Below are positions 1 through 13,300 of a stretch of DNA of 62,255 bases, piece by piece. Position 1 is the stretch's first letter. Every line of letters starts with the position of its first letter. The stretch is from Proteromonas lacertae (lineage: Eukaryota), in contig NGBS01000628.1 in NCBI GenBank assembly GCA_002245135.1, positions 1-62,255 on the forward strand, written 5' to 3'. A program made the position numbers and the translations under genes. The notes under the pieces were generated by a model, which was not told where the DNA came from, did no database searches, and saw only the letters and a program-made list of their open reading frames with translations.

Positions 1-952
1 TATTGTTTGGTATTATTGTTGCATTGAGTATCCTTGTTGATATAAGCATAGAATTTGAAATTCTTAAATGTCATATTTTTAATACCACCATCCCTATCCC
101 ATGCTATAACATTATTTAAATCTTCATAACCATTTTCATCAATACAATATTCGGTTTGGTGTATATGATTTCAAATTTCCATAATTTGCTTTAGTTTGGA
201 ATCGAATGCATATATACATTCTCTCTCCAAAGAATACATCGCTCTTTAATGCAGCAAATGTATTGTAAAATTTACCTAACTGTAATTTGAAATGTAATGT
301 CTTTTTACTCTTATACACAGTAGCATTTGTTACTTTATTATTACTTTCATCAGAAATGTCTATAACATTAACATGCATATCATCATCACCTTCTTTGTCC
401 ATTTTCCATTTATTAACATCTTGAATAAGATAACTGTGTTCATCGGTTACTCCAATCTAATTGTATTCCATCATAGTAATTGTCTTGATAGAATATATCA
501 CATCTCTTTCTAACTAATTCATCCATAAATACACGATATGGTTCATACGAATCATCAAGCTTGACCAGATCTGTTCCAGTCTGATTACAAATTCTAAAAG
601 AGGCCAAACCAAACCCTTCTTTAATTCCTCCAATTGTACTTGGATATAAATCATCATCTTTATTTATAAGTTTCTTACTTAAATCTGCTCTAACAGCACC
701 TGCTTCTGAACCTTTTGCTAATGGTTCTGTTTCTACATCTATATCGAATTGGATATATGACTTAGCTAAATTGATAATATTATCTCCACTTATCTCCCAT
801 CTAATCTCTTCTGTATACGTGTTATCACTTAGAGTATATTCTGATGTTGATCCCATCGGAGTCAATCTCACATAATTATAGAAGGGTAGCATCACAGGAC
901 ATCTACACCATGTTTCTGTTCTTTTGGAATAGATAAAGCCATTAGAAAACAA
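1..952 (-). pseudogene. Putative major capsid (double jelly-roll)-like protein, N-terminal part, split into ORFs 440..952 and 139..402
   Basis: N-terminal pattern YVRLTP..G...EIRWEI...INLAKSYIQFDI resembles Polinton-like/virophage MCP starts; lies next to the penton-like gene. Judged by eye. Confidence 0.45.
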
Positions 953-973
953 AAGAATAAAGAAATATAAAAA

Positions 974-1933
974 TTAGACTTTAAATACAACAATATCTAA
1001 ATTAAACTCAATATTATCAAGATTAAGCTTATAGCCATTTTGTTGAGTAATCTGAATAGTGATCATACCATTGTTATAGGTATTATTGAATCTCTTTGAT
1101 GTATTCAATATGTCATTATTCTGATATGTAATAAATGGTAACTCTGGATTTGAAACGGGTATATTTTCTAATACATTTGAATCCTGCATAATATTCACTA
1201 TGTCTAATCTAATGGATATAGAATTAACCCATATCAAAGAAGGACGGTATGGCAATTGAGTAAATGGGAATGGCTTAACCATAATTTCTTGTTGATTCTC
1301 TGGTTCTTCAGATGGAATATATTCTTTAAAACAACACCAGTAATTATTTTTGGGTATACCTAATATTTTGTAACTAAGATCTTTCGTGATGATCTCTAAT
1401 TTTTCTATCCAATATACTGGGTCTTTTTGATAGTATATAATATTCATATCATTAGCTACCTCAATATGATATGTTTGATTATCATCGAAATTGTCTATAC
1501 GAAATAAATCTCTTTTCCTTGTATAATAGACACATGTGAACCTTCAGTATTATATGCAGCATCATTTATTCCAAAAACATCATATGTCATATTTTTGAAC
1601 TAAATTATTGATCATACTTAATATCTGAGTTTCATCATAGAATCCTTCTGGTATTTTGAGGTGTTTTACGATGTTTGGATACTTTGGTGTATCTACTTGA
1701 ACATCATGTCTCCATCCCAATGTGAATACTAATGAAAACTCATCATTTGTTTCTTCCTGTATAGTTGGGAATGAATTGGGTATAACAGCATGTAATAAGC
1801 TGACATGAGTATAATCATCATCGAATGATTGCAACTTTAATGTCTTCTTATACTTGTTTCCTCCACCCATGGAATCAGATAACACAATCATATCAGAATT
1901 TAAGTAGTATACACGATGATTCGAAACTAACAT
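974..1933 (-). pseudogene. Minor capsid (penton)-like protein, split into 1580..1933 and 974..1447
   Basis: YYLNS...VSLLHAVIPNSF...NDEF...LKIPEGFY...INN at the N-terminus and VLENIPV...ITYQN...ITIQITQQNG..LNL..FNLDI at the C-terminus match the single jelly-roll penton pattern of PLVs/NCLDVs. Confidence 0.65.
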
Positions 1934-2680
1934 AAGATAAAATCTATTTTGAAAATAAATTCGTTAATAATGTCAATATTGTCATTATTAGTATTAATTA
2001 CACTTTTATTTTTTTAAAATGAATAACGATCAGGAACACAAATTTAGAACAGTGCCATATAACTTTTGGAACTCTGATAAACAAATACTCATTAATTGCT
2101 TTAGAAAGGATGGCAAAATGAGGGCACCAACCAAATATAAATTATGGGAATTTGATATGTGGCGAGAAAAAGGAATTAACTTATAGTGAGATCAGATATA
2201 TACTCAAATACGTCGATGAACAGTATAGATTAGACTTGGAATATAGATACAAAAATGGATGTTGGTGGGATGAGAGTAAAGAGAAATTAATTCAAAGATA
2301 AGGTATTTCTGATGTAGATGAGACTGTGGCGCATTACACCTAATATGTTCCTTGAGTGTGTTAACAAGATTAAGGAGAAAAGAAACCCATCTTTTGAAAA
2401 AACTCATCAATTATTAGAAAGTATTATTATGATGAATCATGAAGCTAATATATTACCTCCTCCTAATGATAATAAAGAAATAGAAGAAATACAAGTCAAA
2501 GCTTGAAAATGACAATGACAATGTCAATCTCACAGATTATGACTTATCTCCAATATCACCAAGATCCATTAAGGATGAATATATTAATAATAACCAATGT
2601 CTTGTAAGTTAGTTTATTGATAATAAATACATTACTTTGATTAATTTTGTTTTTCTTATATAAGATTCTCATAAACACAC

Positions 2681-2917
2681 ATGGACTTTGATGTAATAAC
2701 TGTTTTGCTTTCAGTTCTCGTATTTGTATTGTATATGATAGCTTTGGCTCTTTTCAAATACTTAAAGGCACACAATTGTATTCCAAACAATACAGACATA
2801 GAAGAACTTAGAAATAATATAGATGCCATGATGAATAAAGGGTTAGAACATGATAAGACACTTAAAGATATTCAGTCTCTTATTGAAATCACTAAACAAA
2901 GGAAAATGACTATTTAA
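2681..2917 (+). CDS. Small membrane protein (N-terminal TM helix plus coiled-coil tail), probably viral
   Basis: ATG-initiated 78 aa ORF with hydrophobic VITVLLSVLVFVLYMIALALF followed by a heptad-like tail. Confidence 0.5.
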   Translation: MDFDVITVLLSVLVFVLYMIALALFKYLKAHNCIPNNTDIEELRNNIDAMMNKGLEHDKTLKDIQSLIEITKQRKMTI

Positions 2918-2984
2918 ATTTATTTCACTCTTTATATTATATTATTATATTATGTTCTTTTTATTTTTGGTTAAACTTGTATTT

Positions 2985-3080
2985 TACAACTAGCCCAAGT
3001 TGTAGGATACATCACAATTCAAGTTACAACTGGCGCCAGTTGTAACTTATATTACAATTCAAGTTGTCAAGTGGCCGCCG
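2985..3080. repeat. 39-bp-period repeat with palindromic core TTACAACTGGCGCCAGTTGTAA
   Basis: Two units at ~2985 and ~3023; homologous in reverse complement to 19775-19910 and similar to 43764-43820. Confidence 0.7.
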
Positions 3081-3162
3081 GATATAGCAGTACCAAACAC
3101 CAAAAAAACAAACACACATAACATTACATAAAAAAAAATATATATATATATAAAGAATTACT

Positions 3163-3606
3163 TTAATTATCCATATTAGGAACTGGAATACCATACTGAT
3201 AATGCCTGCCATTATGCACAACTATACGATGTGGATCATTCTTTGGAGCGGCTCGTGGCCCGGCTCGTCTTGGTTTACGTTTTGCTCTATCTTTACTTCC
3301 TTTTGGTCTTCCTCTTTGTTTAGGTGGATTAGCAGCTAATAATCGTTCATACATTTTCATTAATTGTCTATATTGTAATTTAACTTTTGTTTTGTTTTGT
3401 AGTGCATTCTTTACTTTGTCTCTATACAAATCATAGCTCTTTCTCCATTTACTCCTATTAACTGATTTAGGAATATATGTATTCCAGTCTTTACTAATTT
3501 TAAACCCTTTTGGCCATCCTCCATAATAAGACATGTTGTGATTTTTATAATTGATATTATTTAAAATATAGTAACTATTAATAGTATGTTTATCAAACAA
3601 AAACAA
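3163..3606 (-). CDS. Basic DNA-binding (core-like) protein with an AT-hook
   Basis: K/R-rich, with motif KQRGRPKGSK; probable real start MSYYGG at ~3534. Confidence 0.55.
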   Translation of the reverse strand: MFLFDKHTINSYYILNNINYKNHNMSYYGGWPKGFKISKDWNTYIPKSVNRSKWRKSYDLYRDKVKNALQNKTKVKLQYRQLMKMYERLLAANPPKQRGRPKGSKDRAKRKPRRAGPRAAPKNDPHRIVVHNGRHYQYGIPVPNMDN

Positions 3607-3717
3607 ACATATATAATAATAATAGAATTTTTAAGTATTTAATCAGAGTCGCTACTACTACTACTACTACTACTACTACTATCACTACTACTACTAATTC
3701 CATCAGCAACATTTCTA

Positions 3718-4137
3718 TCAACTGGATGTATGTGATAAAAATTCCCTCCATTCCATTGATAACTCATATGATGAAAAACATATTTTTTTAAATTTTTGAG
3801 GAATACAATCACCATCTGCATACTCATGTTCTCCATTTCTTAATTTTCTATTCATTACTAATATTGAAGCTCTTCTGTCATACCCATAGGTTTTGAGGTT
3901 TATCATTAATTGATCGCCATGATGTCTATAATCACCTAGTACTTCTGGATCATTTCTATTAGTTCTGAGTGAACCACATATAAACACCTTTACTTTATTT
4001 CTTTTTAATATTTTCATTGTTTTAATTGGAAATTGAATAACCCATCTATGTGCTCTATTGTCTCTATATCTATGAATGTAAAAAGCATATTCACCGTTAG
4101 GTTGTCTAAGCATATTATATGTTAAATGGTCAGGCAT
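3718..4137 (-). CDS. Hypothetical Polinton protein
   Basis: ATG-initiated 139 aa ORF co-oriented with neighbouring viral genes; no motif recognised. Confidence 0.4.
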   Translation of the reverse strand: MPDHLTYNMLRQPNGEYAFYIHRYRDNRAHRWVIQFPIKTMKILKRNKVKVFICGSLRTNRNDPEVLGDYRHHGDQLMINLKTYGYDRRASILVMNRKLRNGEHEYADGDCIPQKFKKICFSSYELSMEWREFLSHTSS

Positions 4138-5444
4138 ATTCTTTGTATTTTTTGCTATTATATATATTATTAAATTTTTATGGGTCTAATCAATAAAGTT
4201 ATTGTTTGTTTAGTAATACAAATGTTTGAGGTTTGTTAAAAAAAATAATATCTCACGATCCATTGACATAATGAATAATCTGTTGTGTTTCTTATTATAT
4301 GGCATATCATAAGCAATCGATTGATATAGTTAGATTTCATATATGTTTCATAATCAAAGATGATTAAGATTATTGCCTGAAATGAGATATTAATATAATT
4401 GAGATGGGTATATACCCTAGTAAGTATATATAAATTATAGTTAGCTAAAGCCAATTCGTTTTGTAACAAGAGTACAAAAAATACAAGTAAAAGAATACAT
4501 ATAATACATTGTATTCAATGTATTATTTATATTTATTTATTTTTATATATAATATAGCAGTCTTAGAGAGATGCCTGCTACAATATACTTTAACAACGTC
4601 CCAGGGATTTCAAAACCATCACTTTTGGAAGTCATTATTAGAAATCTAAAAACGATTTTTTATCATCAAGAGTATTTAAGTAGATACACGTATATTCTAT
4701 TAATATATATTTTTCTAGCTTTGAAAGTGAGAACATATTTGGCTATGGGGGCATCAGACCCATTATCAATGAATTGGAGAAATATATAAAGCTAGGAAGC
4801 AAGAATGAATTGAGAATAGTTATCCAAAGAGCTTTAACCTGTACGATACTCAGCTGGTCTTATAATCCAGAAATTCCGAAATCATTAGTATTTAAAAACA
4901 TTAACATCTGATACAATGACATAATTAGGGCATGGGGAAATATTGTAGCAGCTTTAGTAAAAGAGATTGAAACAGTGAGTGAAATAGAAGATGATGTTGA
5001 ATTAACAAATGATCCTAAATTAGAACAAGAGAATAAACAAGTTAATTTATTTAGTTATGTAGATGAATCGATTGATGTATTATTATTGTCTAATTATGTT
5101 TCTAATGATGAAAAAACAATATGGGGAAATGACTCATAAAAAACGGATATTTTTTTGGATCAAAAACACATATGGGGAAATGACTCATGAGTCATTTCCC
5201 CCTAATATTCATTATTATAGGCTTAGGAACAGCTATTGATACTTTTGGTTCAGCAAAACTGGAATAGATCTCAAATTTGGACAAGGTTGTATAAACAGGA
5301 TTGTTTGTATTATCTAATGATCTCAATTATAAACAGGATTAAATTTTCTTTGGGATTTGAAATGATCCTAATTATAAAGAAAAATATGGAGGAATTCCTG
5401 GTTTATTTCACATCAATCTTGAAGAAAAAATTAATGAATATAAA

Positions 5445-6023
5445 ATGATTGATGTTTATGGTGGTATTCCTGCTAAATATAATGAATATATATATATTTA
5501 TAATGTTAAGAATGAGTTTGAAATTCCTCAGAAATTGAAGTTTATCTCAAATTATATTGAAGAGATGGTATCAAAGAAAATAATTATAGATGAAAACAAT
5601 TATAATATTTATCTTGCTCTTTTAACAGAAATAATTGAAGGAAAAAATGAAAAAATAGGTTCAGAAGGTAGATGGTATTATGAACATTTGGTATTATATC
5701 TGAAATCTTGTAATATTGGATTAAAAAAAACTGAAGAATCACAATTGGATGGAATAGATAGAAGAAATTTACCATTATTCATTAATTGTTCATTTCAATC
5801 TAATTTTCCATGTGTCGATGCAATAGAAATTAATAGAAAGTGTATAAATGGAATACAAGTAACTGTATCTGACCAACATAGCATTAAACAATCTGTAAGT
5901 ATTTTATTGAATGTGATATTTAAAGAAACATATAGAATGAGAAAAGAAATCATATTAGAAATGTTTGAGAATAGAGAAATAGATGAACTTGCTGAAACTC
6001 TTTATTATTTAGGAGTATATTAA
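5445..6023 (+). pseudogene. Crinkler/RHS-type (CR) REase-fold nuclease domain fragment
   Basis: Motif SNFPCVDAI...GIQVTVSDQH matches the NFP..D...QVT...H PD-(D/E)xK pattern of CRN/RHS proteins; the upstream frame is broken. Confidence 0.55.
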
Positions 6024-6218
6024 TTATCTAGTTTTTTATATTTATATAGTATACACCATCTTCAATGATAGATCAAGCATTAAATATCCATATGAATAAA
6101 GTAAATGAATACCTACAAACTGAGTCAGAATTAAGATTTGGATTTATAATACTAATTTTATTTGAATTATTCACAGATGGTATTCATTTGTTTGGTAATG
6201 ACAAAAAGAAATAAGCAA

Positions 6219-6554
6219 ATGCCATGCGGCAAATATCGTAAGTGTATTATTGGGAAAGGCTTCTGGGGTAATTTAAACAAAGGTCTAAAAGATACTAAAG
6301 TTATTTCTGGTATAGCAGGTTTATTTCCGGGTATTGGAGGAAAAATTGCTTCAGGAGTTGCGAAACTATTTGGTTACGGACGCAGAAGACATAAGAAAGC
6401 AAGAAGGAATAGAGGTGGTAGGAGTAATCCATTTAGCGGACAAAATATTATAACAGGAGGACCATATTCAATACCCAAAAATATTTACAGACATCCAAAC
6501 GTTGAATCTGCACGGATGTATCTTTTACATTTAATAGCAGTATTGAGTAATTAA
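6219..6554 (+). CDS. Virion core / membrane-lytic precursor (adenovirus pX/pVI/pVII-like) with protease sites
   Basis: IIGKG-FWGNLNKGLK amphipathic helix, GIGG and FGYG glycine motifs, then an RRRHKKARRNRGG basic patch. Confidence 0.6.
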   Translation: MPCGKYRKCIIGKGFWGNLNKGLKDTKVISGIAGLFPGIGGKIASGVAKLFGYGRRRHKKARRNRGGRSNPFSGQNIITGGPYSIPKNIYRHPNVESARMYLLHLIAVLSN

Positions 6555-6582
6555 TTATTTCTTAATAAAATATAATTATTAC

Positions 6583-7029
6583 ATGAGTGATTCAGATTCA
6601 ACAGATTATGCTAGTGATGTAAGCTCAGTAACATCATCTGAGAGTGAATTTAAGAACAATAATGAAAATGATGAAATTATGAAAACATCTCCTAATATTG
6701 TTGATGATGAACCAAATGATGACATGATTAAGAAGTTCTTAAAGAAAAGCTCACCTAAAAAAGTCTATAGAATGCTAACAAGTGATGATGAAAAAAAACA
6801 TAAACATCACAACCACGATAAGAGTCGTCATCACCATTCACGTTCTAGATCACCTATCAAGAGTAGTAGTAGCAGTAGTAGTAATAGTGTATCAAACACA
6901 AAGAAACATTTACAAGATGGATTAGAAGATCCCATAAAAGGCAGAGGATCAAAATCAAAGCATGGTAAGAAATCTAACGATTGTCTACCACCACCAAGTA
7001 GAATGATAAAGAAAGTAGAGAACAACTAA
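6583..7029 (+). CDS. Low-complexity Ser/His/Lys-rich protein
   Basis: ATG-initiated 148 aa ORF within the viral gene block. Confidence 0.4.
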   Translation: MSDSDSTDYASDVSSVTSSESEFKNNNENDEIMKTSPNIVDDEPNDDMIKKFLKKSSPKKVYRMLTSDDEKKHKHHNHDKSRHHHSRSRSPIKSSSSSSSNSVSNTKKHLQDGLEDPIKGRGSKSKHGKKSNDCLPPPSRMIKKVENN

Positions 7030-7639
7030 TTAAAATGATAAAGAAATTGGAAAAAAAAGTGTTTCATTAACCGATGATGAATATGAAGATGATGAAGATA
7101 AGAAATGTTTAGGTAATGATTTAGATGGAAGAGAAATACAAGGCAAGCCTATCGAGCCTGTATACATTAAATAATAATAACAATAATTATAAAAATAATC
7201 ATAATTATTGTAGTTGATATATATTGTTTATTTTTATAATGGATCACAAATCTACACTAACTCAAATAGACCTGACTATATGAGTATGGCAAAACAACAA
7301 TCAGATACGAAGATGGTATTTTATATTATATATATATAATTATTATTAATAGTAGACAAACAAAAAGAATCTTAAATTAATTAATCTTGCAAAACATAGG
7401 CAAATGTTGGAAATAAAACATTAGAGCAAAAAAGTTTAGAAGAAAAAATTTAATTTATGGTATTCCAATATTATATCTTTTGGATGCTCAAAATAAAGGA
7501 ATGAATATAGGTAATGTTCTTCTAATAATAATAGATGGAAAATAATAGTAATCATAATATCATTAACAGATTAATTATTGGTTTTTGCAATACATATCTT
7601 TGTTTATTTTTGTTTTTTGTTTCCTAATTGTTTTAATAA

Positions 7640-9635
7640 ATGACTAATCCATCTAAATTACAACATAAATTAAGAGAAAGCGAAAGAAATGACTTTGAAG
7701 ATCCATCTATCTACCATTCAGCATTGAAGAGAAAGCTGAAGAAAATTATATATGATAGATCAAATAGAAATAAGAAAATTAAGTTAGATTTAAGTCATAT
7801 GGCAAATCCAACAAGTGTAGTAGACAAAGGCAATGCCACAAATGAAGTGGAGATTTATGATCCATATACAAAAAAATTGATTAAAACTTTGAATAATAAT
7901 AACAACAATGATTATGAAGTAATGTAGGATGATATGAACAATGATTTATCAATGAATCCAAACATTGATGCAACGAAGAATAACTACATGACTGATGAAA
8001 ATAAATATAAAGCATATATGAGTCAAATTACTGACTAATATGGGAGATACTATAAAAACATTGATCAATTCAACAAACCATATTCAAATTATTACAATAA
8101 TCCATCAAACGTGACTACTAATTATTAAAATCCTTTTGGATATAACAATCCATATCTACAACAAATGCAGCAAATGCAGCCTAATCAAGCATAAGGCCAA
8201 TGGAATACAAGTCAATGGAATAATCCTTCACAATATAATACTCAGTCTTATGTAAATAGTCAAAGATGGACAAATAATGGTACTGATCAACATTACGATA
8301 TAAAACAAAAATACCAAGCAGAACATGCAGCTCTAGAACAAGCTAAGAAAACTATATCAAAAATGTCTGAAGCTCAGCAAAAATCAGTATGGGGACATAT
8401 TGATAAACTATTCGCTGGAAATACATTATGAGATTGGACTAAATGGGGAGTTAAGTTTTTAACTTGCACATTAGTTTTAGGAGGTATAGGCCAAACATTC
8501 AAATATGCTTTCCCTAATGAAATAGGTAGTCTACTATCTGGATTATTCAATTATGGTGTAAGATCAACAGATATATGTCAAAGAATATTTGGTCTATCTA
8601 CTGTTGATCAATGGATGGAAAGTTTATTGTCATAATGGTATAGCTGGTCTTTATAAATATGGATGGGATATGCTATCGCAATACTAGGATTATATGAAGA
8701 ACTTGTTTGGTAATTTCACAGGTTGTATTAATATTTTCAGCACCTTTATTCTTCAAGTTTTCAAACTTTGATTATATTAATACAAAAAATGGTGTTGTAT
8801 CAGGGTTGCTTTCATCTATACCAAAATCATCAGGTGATGTGAAAGGATGGATAGATACAATAGGTGCATTTGGTAAAGTGCTTAGTGCATTTGGTGCAGT
8901 AGTAGGATTAGTAGCTCCTAATGCTTTATCAAATTTTTTAGATAATGGTATATTCCCTTCATCAAGTAGTAATGTTAGTAACAGCATCAGAGATAATGAT
9001 ACAAATAATAGTAACTATTATCCTAATGGAATCAACTTACCTAATGGATTGTCAAACTTTCAGAGTGCTATCAGTAATGGATTACAATTGAATGAAATGT
9101 TTGGCATGCTGAAGCAGTTTGGAAGTGGTAAAAATCCAAATAAACTATGCTCAAGAAGGATATTATTATCAAATATAAATAGCCAAGGTGCATTATCTAA
9201 CTTCGATATTGAAGAAATTATAAAAAAAGAATTCAATGATTTTGGAAATAGATTTAAAGGATGTTTTTGCTGGGATGAATTAATACTTCCTATACCCAAC
9301 AAAATGAATTTTTGGGGCATAATTATTAATACACTCACTACTAAAGCAAAGCCTAATGCAATTGGTCATTGGGTTGCTTTAGTAGTTGATAATAGAAAAA
9401 AGATGTTTATGTATTATGATTCATTTGGTGAAGATCCAAAGAAGCTAGAGAAGTTTAAACAAGTATTAAAGAAGTTTAAGAAGCACTCTAGCACTCTAGC
9501 AAAGGGTTCTTTGCAATTAATTTTTTAAACAACATTTTGAATAGACATAAATCATTCAAGCAAGCAACAGATTTTAATACAATTGAAGGTGAAAAGAAAA
9601 TAGTTTTGATGATAAAAGAGTTTGGATTAATATAA
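7640..9635 (+). pseudogene. Membrane polyprotein-adenain protease fusion, copy A (stops and frameshifts; catalytic Cys segment deleted)
   Basis: GHWVALV and YYDSFG motifs in 8707..9528; start and end are homologous to 19084..22721. Confidence 0.8.
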
Positions 9636-9717
9636 AATATAAACAAAATATTAATATTATTATAATAAATTATATAAATATTTTTTTACTTTATACTGGT
9701 TCACTTTTATCTCCTGG

Positions 9718-10090
9718 TCATAATAAGATTCTTCTGAAATGAGTACTTATATCATTTTTATTAACTAAATGTAATTCATAATGTTTAAATTTGAATCTTG
9801 ATACACTATTGATATAGTTACCATATTCATCAACTAAAACAAATGAATATCTGTTCCTTTTTATAATTTTGTAGATATTGTCAGACCAATATGTTGCTTT
9901 ATCCATCTTTCTTCTTCTTTCTTTGAATCTAACTATATCTCCTACTTCGAAATGAACTTTTAATTTATGTTCATTATTCATATTAAAGTTCACAGATTTC
10001 ATCAGTATTCTATTCTGTAGTATAGGGCTATGGTAGACTTCATTAGGAGTAAAATTATTAAGACTTGAATTATGTTTGTTATTGTAATCT
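9718..10090 (-). pseudogene. Polinton retroviral-like integrase, C-terminal remnant
   Basis: DYNNK...TP.EV...FEVGDIVRF...YWSDNIYKI; homologous to 23569..24072. Confidence 0.75.
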
Positions 10091-10320
10091 TTAATAGTGT
10101 CTTAATGGTTGGTGCATCTTTAACTGTTTCTCTCTAAGGTAGTAGTATTGCTTATAAAGATCGTCTAAATATTTTCTATATTGATCGATTTGTCTTGATA
10201 TCTGATCATTTTCATACGGATTTGCTCTTGGTAAGTTTGATATAGGTGGTGGTGGTGCATTGTTAATATATTGAGTAAGATTTTGTTTCCAGAATAGATT
10301 GATAATATTTAAAGTCACAA

Positions 10321-13300
10321 GTCTTAATTCTAAACTCTCTGTTTTTCATAAACATACATCTTTGCTTTTAATCCACAGAAACGAGTTATTGTAATTTATA
10401 TATCTATCTTCTAAATATTTGCAATGTATATTCATTTGAAGGAAGTTCTATATCTACTTCCAATATATAACCTCTACTATCTTTATCTTTCCATTGAATT
10501 ATATCTTGAGGATCAGTTGATTTCTTTAATATTTCATATGGTTTCATTTTGATTATTACATTATTATACAATTGTTTTGAATCTTCTTCACTTTCCCATT
10601 GAAAGTCTTTATATCAATGATTGGAGGATCCATATAATGATTATGTGCTTCTGCTTTTCTCTATGTATGAAGTAGTATTTATCTTGATCTGCTATAATTT
10701 CTATAGGAACTTTACACTTCTTCAAGAATATAGACCAAGCTAAACCAGGTAGGATACATGCCAACAAGGATCAAGAGTAAATGTTTGAAATACTACATTC
10801 CTAAAGTGTTCAAATACACTTGTAAGTGAAAGAACATCCATAGCTAAGTAGAATAGATTATAATCCATAAGATTTTTGCAATCCAATAGTTGCCATAATG
10901 CTACACAAGAATGATAATCACGGTCACTTATTGTGTAATCTTGTTTTAATTGAGATAAGAAACTCTCTTTTGGAGGTAGTTCATGAGTTTGATAATACTT
11001 CTCTATACTATCCACAAATATATGTGGAGTACTCTTCACATAATCATACACTGGTTTGAATAACTTCTTATATTGTATATTTTTAGGATCTTCTTCTGCT
11101 TCTACTTTTAATGATTGTACTAAACTATCCAATGATGAAGGCATAAACTGACATGAATCAATAAAATGCAGCTTCTTAAATTTAATCATTAAGAACTTAT
11201 TATCTGTTTATAACAACACTGAAAGTTTTGAATGATATCTCTTTTGTTTAGGTTTTGTTGTTTTTGAAGTTGTATCATTAATATGAATCTGTTGATGATC
11301 TATATATAGATTACCAATGTTTGATTCTACATCAACATCTTCAGCTGTTGTAGGTGATAAGTAATGTTCTCTATAGTTTAATATATAATGTAATTCATTG
11401 AATGCTTCTTTATCATTCAGATTATATTCATCTGTTATTATTTCAATAGTATTAAGAGAAGGTAATATTATAATATCCTCATCTTCTTGTGTTGATTTAT
11501 CATCATCAATTATTTGTATTTTTGATCTATGATTAATATGTATAGGTTGGTTATCATCATCATCATATTCTTGTTTCTTTTCTTCTTCTATATCTCTATT
11601 ATAATTAGATACTCTTTCTTCAATAGTAGGTATTGGTAGTGATTATGATGATGTTGTTTCTGACATTAGTTCATTATCAACACTATATTCATCAACTAAT
11701 GAAACATCTATCTTGTTATCTGCATTAAACTGAACTTCCATCTCTTTATCTAATCTTGCTAGACCTCTTATAATAAAATTGTTATCATAATTTTTTGAAT
11801 TATGAGCAAGACAGGGTATAGGTAAATGCTGAATACTGCAGTGCCAATTGCAATTTGAACATATGGTAGCTATATATCTACCTGTAAAATGGTCATGATG
11901 TAATGTCCTTCTTATATTTCTATTAGATTCAAATAATGTGTCTCCGCAATAAACACATTTAATTTGTTTATCATGATTAGGAATATATGTACTCATATCA
12001 ATTGGTTTCTTTTTTTCATCTTTGTATTCATCCCATTTCTAAATTTTCAGGATTATCAATAATACCAAGTTTACCAAAGAATGTTTCCTCACTTATTATA
12101 TCAGGATTACGAGAAGAGATGTGGATACACCAGCTACTTAACACATGTTTCTTGAAAGCACCTTTAGCTCCAGTTATTGGAATGTTTTCATCAATAGGAA
12201 TTTGATATACTTCTGTATCCCAATATAGGACTACAGGAACTAGTTGCATATACTTGAAATTATGAAATTTAAGGAAAGTATCTTGAGGAGGAAATTGTCT
12301 AAGTATACCTCTCGATATTTGACAATCTTGCTTCTCATGTAACAACAATGATTGATCTAGTATAATAATTATGTAATTTCTTTCCTGGTGGTGCTAAAAA
12401 TGCTTCTACCTTAATGATAGTCATATAATGACATTCCCATAATAGTATATTAACATGAGGATAATGATTAGTTTTAGGATAATGTGGTTCTTTTTTATTT
12501 ATAGTAAATATATTGACTGTAATATGATTTAATTCTTCAAACTCTTCGATTCTATCATGATCAAGTATAGCACCGACAGGAAATATTAGACAACTATAAT
12601 CTAAGGCATCCACAAAGCGTTTATACTTGTAAGATCTATTACGTTTTTTTTTGAAATCCATATTATGCAACCCAGCTGCTACTGAGTATAAAAAACATAT
12701 ATTCAAAGCATAAAACCTAATAGATTGTACTATTCTAGTGGTACATATAACCTGGTAGATTTATTTGATAATACTATTGTAATCAGTTGCAGATCCAGCT
12801 GTCATTGTAGATTTCATCATAACCATCTCAACCATTATAATTCTTCTAAACTTTAGTACTGATCTTTCTGTATTGAAAATAGCACCTAAATCTCTTACCA
12901 TTACTTTATTTAAAGTAATAGTCATTGAACCCATTTCTGAACTTGTAATAATCTCAGGATTTGTTTCAAATGTTTTATAATTAGATACATAATTAGCATT
13001 TGTATCATCAACATTAGAAACTATATATCCCACTCTGAATCTGAATTGAACTTTAATAAAACTAAACCCATTATCTTTCATATAGTTCCTAATCTCCTTC
13101 ATTGCTCTTCCATTATCATCTGAAATACTATTAAATACTCTTTGAGGTTGTTTTCCTTGTTCAGGATCAATTTTAATTTCAACTGTTTTTTCAAACATTT
13201 TGGATGAATGTGACTTTTCTCGGATAGTATAAAGACGAACATCCATTGGCATTTGCTTTAATACATCAGGATTATTATCAACTACATCCATTGCTATCAT

